Assembly: GCA_002269645.1 (NCBI GenBank)
Contig: NIVC01000089.1
Span: 186,001 to 250,000, forward strand
Reading direction: 5' to 3'
Origin: Macrostomum lignano
Lineage: Eukaryota
DNA length: 64,000 nt
The notes under the pieces were generated by a model. That model was not told the origin of the DNA. It worked only from the letters and a program-made list of their open reading frames with translations, and did no database searches. Below are positions 59,501-64,000 of this stretch, piece after piece (the stretch's first letter is position 1; each line of letters opens with the position of its first letter). The position numbers and the translations under genes are program-made.

Positions 59501-59787
59501 TCAATTGCTTTTACGGAGTCATGCTGAATAGCAGCAATACTGTCAGACTGCGCTGAGGCTGTGGCTTCAAGCTGTACAGCTTGGATGCGATCACTGATGC
59601 TATTGGGGCCGACAGTGCAGCAGACATCGCACACCTTCTGGCAGACCTGTTCGACAACTGCTCGAACTGCAGCTTCGTTGCTATCTTCGTCAACACTGTT
59701 CTCGTGGTTAACACCAACAGAATCAGAGTTCTCGATCAAAGCCAAATGTTTAGTAAGCTTTTCCTCTGGATCAGCCAAGGCCGACAT
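50554..59787 (-). CDS. Giant single-exon low-complexity protein, 3077 aa, probably nuclear and largely disordered
   Basis: 9234-bp uninterrupted ORF, ATG at 59787 with an in-frame upstream TAA; S/A/E/Q-rich with poly-P/Q/H tracts, K-rich NLS-like runs and a short coiled coil LKRRLEQLEAENRMLKE; no folded domain recognised. Confidence 0.9.
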   Translation of the reverse strand: MSALADPEEKLTKHLALIENSDSVGVNHENSVDEDSNEAAVRAVVEQVCQKVCDVCCTVGPNSISDRIQAVQLEATASAQSDSIAAIQHDSVKAIDESASSQHSCESIPSPVAQSTSQERFSPGANEEKTSPPVANAESDLDADTKADVEENLVQEKQSSTEVALSTNAEQLSPVKMEEESRESLNSREKEAGKQTPLQVVEAADEVLHQSELDDQSAAQQCATSAENLQPIDRSSRLINDELEPVKETIDRSMDQNSRPICSSDDACKESLEGEKPLEDQRISQSSDKALSQNSSQTVANQSIQDAGASSSNSANSEQIEVAEQQALQTEALIEETKRRKNSQVLQASPPEDQGLEVAAATSHQHNEQEQEGKFSSQNTPFAELLREQYQSSGSNSPTVELQHADVAQVDDASQKSQNQQQSDLAEPSAKLADHSEMALDSNQGSVSSESEAESQEAVLTVDNSSADEPELIQAEAAVVNVSPLEHSADNSDIGAACGAEVEATTASESDPSNTLRSDSEYMEPETVLYDALHIESDGILNEVSQLLSDMCSKVASSLQQGSKETASDSEDGDDLMSELHGGRKSGGATCAEGEVDDYMSELCGDDPLTKVAAAAADDAEADLMTELSGSGAQLSAVVAMGDESGDEADTDSKLILCTATTAAGAVGSSDVEVTAESSAEPIATASVIVDLPSTSTSAIAQTESVASATADALASIKAMAVMASAGSGSSADELAALKRRLEQLEAENRMLKESIQPATAEPAQAVVATVVTSTTSAVVSGTAASGNSGTQQHQQADSSGSPQSFSSYDSSSQNYIPAGGFLKSLSEIEESGGAVSGGCTETPSTSASSASQQQQAAPQSLESGIATIVTAAASVPASTVATAAIQAPVCSLNTGVSAAAGHIPATITPSGQIQFILPPGVLPSNFAGLAAVPQSASSVEPASVTAASTRATTTTTSSAARPTPVKPAAPAPSKSVQSTSAAGASSTSTPANRRVRTIAPKPIAMRPILPSPRTDMSAKLQPIQLPGSKIASSSAVSATATLSGASKKSKVSTSGKKPMQTVPASSTVATSALHGSVPTPMPVAMQLPSGAIAAVSQSKSLPLVVGAPIGVCGSMAPLLAGTGIPMPVNHSSAAAVWAAAPPGATFATTWAPTAPTAVVFSSGHPLSAGSLEGTALPSHDLLAIACQEAGLSLDLDLGSTVMISTSQDSATSSAPIIEGVGCDQQSEVVADLSGLVVDSQNESSFLHELGLIQPPSQDEGTAQQNTDAAVPLSSESIVQCPPQQEQKQEQAQNQTVQQQQHQECWNTTTFDEFNAALNDFNSDLVTASSDPPSSSKSLNSNRSSAPTAATKPNETVVTNSSGRESSKSAPLSVSTESVTQLASSLTGKKSHVKSKVTSPLPAPAPASSNTSKATESAPASSQAGKQPAAQSTKNTPKKKAPPASTTANKRSTPNKEREAKSGARKLQADPSGDDLELFKEIIPPKKVIHSLSENDEIEEAVKGIVGPSSLEDTITGVLKAGDASNQERAVAKDSGAKTSATGPTSPQQPASALPPSSSSNVQCQLADLSAVGDSCPVVSIPESAAVPFGDPVCLATAERPAASQEPRSGSTKKKHHQDSSSKKPPSVTDQKSSQSASSSNKRKSVESSSGSSKSNKLAPEEKSPQRKASSAAASSPKKEDSKGKAASNDGSKASKALTSPKNTVKDTKSKESQSPSRFEQQQQKSSSRSALHRHKQLAEEKTEAPASSSSSRRDSSERKQQKHSKDVRKSSEQTHEKLPKASSKSEATVEESSEITASSSKSKSLTNSSLSKKRKDKKSKSNASSGSSSKQAAPAKPAKSVPPSSEPVRRSERSRSTSKPKCDDSKETLATESRRTLSVSTSESASVVGHSSSCSSKAVRASRRIAAKNVKRQSSRSAADSGRLSDVESSSSSSSSSDSDTEEIDKPAGKSKTVAKKSSEPAAASPAVSPTKTAAGGSSSSRLSRQDSDQLLYEHHPMHGEPVTSREKRLSARRARQSELELHEAVEASKVTAGFASASSSSKSKTAGSKAANSSETDKPDSKSDSKDSEVKEPSEAAPSHSLEPAPLPELKPGEEIAAALEDDSSVAEGFGLLEASGSGLRGIGDAAHFLWNRAVLGGTGGVSGSGDDPLASNSQHRRQRPLIEERSPSPPPQPSLALEIIARGGIVRPKPAAQSQQEPQLPSPLLLSSPLSARAQQAPPPEPTPPPPPPPPPAPPKPAFVPMNLSKLEKRDAGRSKDSTPANAGSTTPSSLSGGSAGPASSGGSPIKRKFFSSDREDRRRFLFKQNFGSVGAKTSSGAGGGGSGAGGSGSGGGNSRGQFDFEPDAGGKRARRNQSEAAATAAAAAALLDLSAQKVVPPLSVSVASGSQALSDAPPTADDDAAAQVPKVPKISIKPVKPDAVPAAELRQPQEAVRAASSDPQIPIKLKLKLSNQLQQQQLQQQQQQQQQQQAGDDGKQLGKVEQAQQRPQPKLLECGNPRPMGYEEDYAQILKQKNKKREKRQHHKDKQQRKKDRRDKKKKAKSEQQQVEGQADDAAGAKKQAEVPGRVHPFLAEPSAELDQAPEEASAVSQEPLDASGVAENSAETLHRVAASRSADTVPITSQEVDAVLDRAADSKSATPAAAAPTSSASMILPKKRKIYQPGGADVSADEFAVSAAFDQQQLQQIGASSKRRHLNESGSEANPAPLPSQQLPPPPPPPPLPPLPSAHGSQSQQQQQQQKKKKDDYRHHQSSSSVYQQQQPLPQQQQLHHHHHQHHPATSGSTGGGGGGSLNSPWGGSSGYGGGNQADPSPYGAAGLHMPAVVESSPPKSSANAAPLPPPPPPPQPSAAAVPAPFNPYEAAAAAAANTAAYGNQFLSQYDPYGLNFVYQRAQQYSSDYFGWQANHHAAVAAYGHHFPPVFPPAAAAAAATGDAYHAQHHQHHQSVVSSASAAAVAAAAAASSVSAIGDSQSGSSGKRHHHHQHGQQQQHHHQHQQQQAHSQHLQHHQQLHQQAAPQHHHAAAAAAAAAATNPYRPQDFYSQTSQLFSNFYPPAFDPRRAAGHHLNPFGGNPFP

Positions 59788-62700
59788 GATTTAATTTGAA
59801 ATTAAACGACCGACCGAGCAGAAACACTCGTGCTCTAGGTGCAATCCAGCAGCATTGGCTGCCTCATGCCCGATCTAGTCGAGTTTTTGTAGACAGTCAA
59901 ATTTTCAATTAAAAAAAGAATTACGCTAGAAAATTTTAGCCTCAATATTTCTGCCTGATGCGAAGAAGTACAATGCCAGTCTCACCAGTAGCTGTTTCTG
60001 TTTGTCTTGATTCTGAAAAATGGGAATTTTAATTTTTTTCTTTACTTAACAGCTTTTATGGCCTACATAGTGATCATGATTTCACTCTTTGAGTAAAAAA
60101 TCTAGCTAAGCCATAACAAACATACGGCTGCTAATACTATACAAATACTATAACCAAACTCATAGGGCAGATACAGTCAATTTCCTCAAAAAGCAATCTA
60201 TCAATATAATCCAGCAAGATTCCTGAGCATTAAATCTGTAAATGGTATATAAGAGATGAAAGAAGACATAATTCTATACTTTCTTGCAATAAAAAAAACA
60301 AAAAGCTTATTTTATACCATAGTATAAAAAAATGATCAGTACCAAAGACAGGAGTGTCCATAGCATTTTATTAATTTTTAAATATACTTCAAAAAAGGCA
60401 AAGTTAAAATACATAAAAAGTCTACATATATGTCCAATAATCAAGAGTTTTATCTATAATTACAAATCAATTTTTGTATAAAATTAATATAAATTTTGTT
60501 TCTAGTTGGGTTAGAATCCAAAAAATTCAAGTTCTGTAACTAAAGAATTGACTAAGTTTCCAACTGTTAAGAGCCAAGGGCCATAGCCCTATAGTCTATT
60601 ATGGCACTGTTAAATGCCCATAGCCTATGCTTAATTCTATGTGCAATCATATTAAGTTGGGGCTAAATTTTTTGAATCTCAGCTTGGGTTTACTTATGCA
60701 AATAATGATCATGATGCCAAGGCATAATAAAGTTTTTATTTCTAACAATAAATAAAGTAGGTCCATTATAAACTCCTATATGAGCATATGCTTATGCATG
60801 ACTATATATATGTATATATCTATGCATTAGTGTGCGTTTATGAGTTGCTTCTATTCAAATATTTAATAGAACTGATTCAAATACCAAATAATAACAAATA
60901 TGAATATTTCAGTTATTAATATACCCATCTCTCTACTTATCAATCACTTGCCAATAGTGCTAAATAATAGTTAAATAATTTATTTTGCATAAATTGCTAT
61001 CAAAGTTATTCTAAATATGGACTAACTTTCAATTTTCTATTTATAAGTCAAATATAAGTTTTAAAGGAACAATGAGAAACATTATAAGGGGCATCCCAAT
61101 AGTTGGTATAATTGATCAATTTCTACCACAGACATTGATTTAACAGCTACAGCTGTTACCATAGCTGCCTTGCAGCTAGCAGCAATCATTTATTATGCAC
61201 TTGAGCTATTTGAACTTTTCTTATTGTCATCATTGCAATTCTCATCACTACTGTTTTCTTTCCTTGGCCAATGTCGCAGTTATAGGAGAAACCTACACAA
61301 CAAGCAGTGGTATTACAATACAACTGAATGGCTACAAAGAATGCCAATTGCATAATTCCATTGGCAGCTTGTAGATATGTACAACAAGGATGCATAGTAC
61401 CAGTGCATTATGTACAAATAGTAGGATTAGTTCAAGAGCAGTTGCAATTGACCCTGAATGAGCCAAGATCTGGGAGACCCTGAGAATTATAGACTAAGAG
61501 TAACAATAATAATTAAAAGGGCAAAATTTTGATGTATGTTTTTTTGTTTGCCTACAAGAAACCAAATAGAAGTGCTAAAGGCAAAAATATTTTGAACTAT
61601 CTAATTTTCCTTATTTTTGCTTCAAAAAGTCATCAAATTTATCAAATAGGATCACTTTAATATTGAATACTTTAACATTTTAACATTATATATAAATTTA
61701 TTTGTTTAATTGTTTATTTGTTTGTTTTGTAATGGAACCATATTATAAAACTTTTACCAAAATAGCCTACTTTTGGCAAATCAACGTCTAGAAAATTGAT
61801 TTGCTACCATCTATAAAAATAAGAAATTAGTTTTATACAACCAAATCAAATATTTAAAACTTTGCATGCTAAAAAACTAGACTTGATTGAATTTACATTT
61901 AGATTTAGCATCAAAATTAGTCTAAATCAGCTAAAAAACCAAAGATTAAAAAAATTGATATCTAATATTATTAACTACTCCTTATATAAATTTAAGCTAC
62001 CTACTGAAATGTAGAATACATAGTAGAATTAGACTAGAATAACATGCAAAAATATAGAATCCATAGCTGAATTGGAATAGAATAACATGCCAAAATGTGG
62101 AATCTATAGTAGAATTAATATAGAATAGAATACCAAAATGTAGAATATATAGCAAAATGATAAATTATAGAATGAACTATTGATTTTATCTACTTAAAAT
62201 AAAATATAAAATATAAGAATCAAAAATATATCATACTTTCTAAATTGATAGGCCTACTATATATTACCCAGGTTGTGGATTGTATGCATGTATACTGGAA
62301 CTCTCTAGAAATCTGAAAGTCAATGATAAACTTTTTGCTTCTTTAAAATTAACAATAAAGAAAATTAGTATTATTATTGTTAAGAGCATAAATTTTACAT
62401 AATATAGATATAATTTAAGTTTGTTTAAAATGAAAATATTTGTAATATTTTAAAAAGACCTTTTGTACAAAAGGCTTTTTTCAAAAACTCTATTTATGAA
62501 AACCAAATGACCTTTTAGGAGGAATTTTTGGTGTAGATTTTTGGGAAATTTTTTGTTTTTGGCATTCACTGGCGTACATTTACATGAGCTAGGATTCATG
62601 TTCCAGTGTATGCTACTATACAATTGACAACCTAGTATATTATTTCTAAAAAAATTCTTTAGAAAAATATAGTTATACTTATAGGCCTAGCAATATATGC

Positions 62701-64000
62701 CTAACCATATTAAAAAGATAGTTAAAATAAGTATGATTCTGTATACTATAATTTTTAACTATATCTTATAGGGCCTATATTAAATAATTTAACTAAAGGT
62801 ATAACTATAATTTTTATTTTAAATTTAACTAATAGGCCTACAAACTAAGCAAGAAATAGCAGCTTCTATTAGGCCTACTCAAAGTAATAAATATAGGTTA
62901 CCTTATGAATAATATGGCTAATGCTTGATGGGTATTTAAAATATAATTTTCTTTTTAGCAGTTTAGTCAAATTTTAAAGGTTTTATTGTTATAAAATAGG
63001 ATTATATAGTTTATAGTGCACTTTGGCGACCCTGCATTCACATTTTACTTGTAGTTAGTGAAATTCTCAGTTCATTCAGCAATTTACCCATTTGCATTTT
63101 ACTGTATTATTCCATTTTGATTCTGATGTATGCTGCAAATTCTGCATTTTATTGAGTACCCTTATTTCATAATCACAGGCCTACTGCATTAAAAACTAAA
63201 GCTTGACTTGACACTTCTAGTTCAATCTTGGTTAGTTGAGTTTTGATTGAATGAGTTACTTTACTTAAAACGGATGATTCGAGTAAAGACGAGTATTACC
63301 AGCCTCTAGTACATAAATCACTAAATGCATCCAGTCAAATATCTTTCAATCTTGAGTGAGACTTTAATAGTGATTTAATTAGATTAACCATGACATGACC
63401 TACTGTGGCAGTAGCTAAATTCCTCTAGCTTCAGTTTAAAATGTTTACGTTGCTTTTAGCACGGCATCAAATCATAACATGATAGAAAAACACTTAATTA
63501 TTAAAAAATCTGAAAAAGGAATTAAAACGTAAAGTAGGGCCCATCGAACAAAAGTTTTAAACTTCATAATTCAGAACTTTGATTTTTAAATGATTGCATT
63601 ACTTAGAGCATAAGTATACTTTGGAACTTTAGAGAATTTAAAAGACTCCACAGTAAATTTTTACTCATTGATAAAAAAATAAAGAAACCGTCGATTTCGT
63701 AAGTTTTCCCAAAATTCATTTTATGTTTTGATCAAAATAGTAGTTGGCTAGATTTTCTTTACATTTAGTAAAAACAATTTTTATTGTTTTTCCGCTTTTC
63801 GACAATAATAAAGCTTTTATTTTGGAGTAGCTCTAAGCTTTCTAAGACAAGATTTGTTATAGCTGTTTAAACGTCAAAACTAAACTCGAAAAAAGTTGTT
63901 TCAGAATTTTGTCTAGCAATTATAATGCAACTTATAGTATTCATAATTCCGTCGTTTATAAATAGTCCTTGATACAGTCCTTAAAACACTGAAAGTACCT

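Noticed and set aside
50452-59799. Many + strand ORFs (e.g. 413 aa at 50452..51693)
   Set aside because: Antisense shadows of the GC-rich 3077-aa ORF, with no independent motifs or splice support. The same applies to + ORFs over the NOV-like and DEG/ENaC exons.
60100-64000. AT-rich block with possible MITE-like stretches (also ~21100-21800 and ~18230-18560)
   Set aside because: No TIR, TSD or coding signal could be established by eye.

Overview
Intron-rich, AT-rich-intergenic animal genomic DNA with very GC-rich, Ala/Gln/Ser-rich exons. The style suggests a free-living flatworm such as Macrostomum (inference from composition only). I reconstructed gene models by hand from GT-AG sites and phase continuity. 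(1) A ~2,500-aa NO VEIN/sacsin-like gene (- strand, ~14334..638, at least 12 exons) with an intact GHKL ATPase and a C-terminal DUF3883 PD-(D/E)XK-type domain. (2) A broken BEN-domain gene (+, ~19.8-20.9 kb), a convergent decayed gene (-, 22.4-23.05 kb) and a truncated LINE. (3) A 2-exon orphan gene (+, 24062..25231, 297 aa). (4) A 3-exon DEG/ENaC channel (-, 37309..31820, ~724 aa). (5) A 12-exon IRAG/LRMP(MRVI1)-like tail-anchored coiled-coil gene (+, 39114..46921, 731 aa). (6) A 3077-aa single-exon low-complexity orphan (-, 59787..50554). Almost every intron is filled by its own private micro- or minisatellite, and several units carry transcription-factor consensus sites, most strikingly eight RFX X-boxes. 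Most short ORFs in the track are repeat-derived or antisense shadows. There are no rRNA, tRNA, CRISPR or prokaryotic features.
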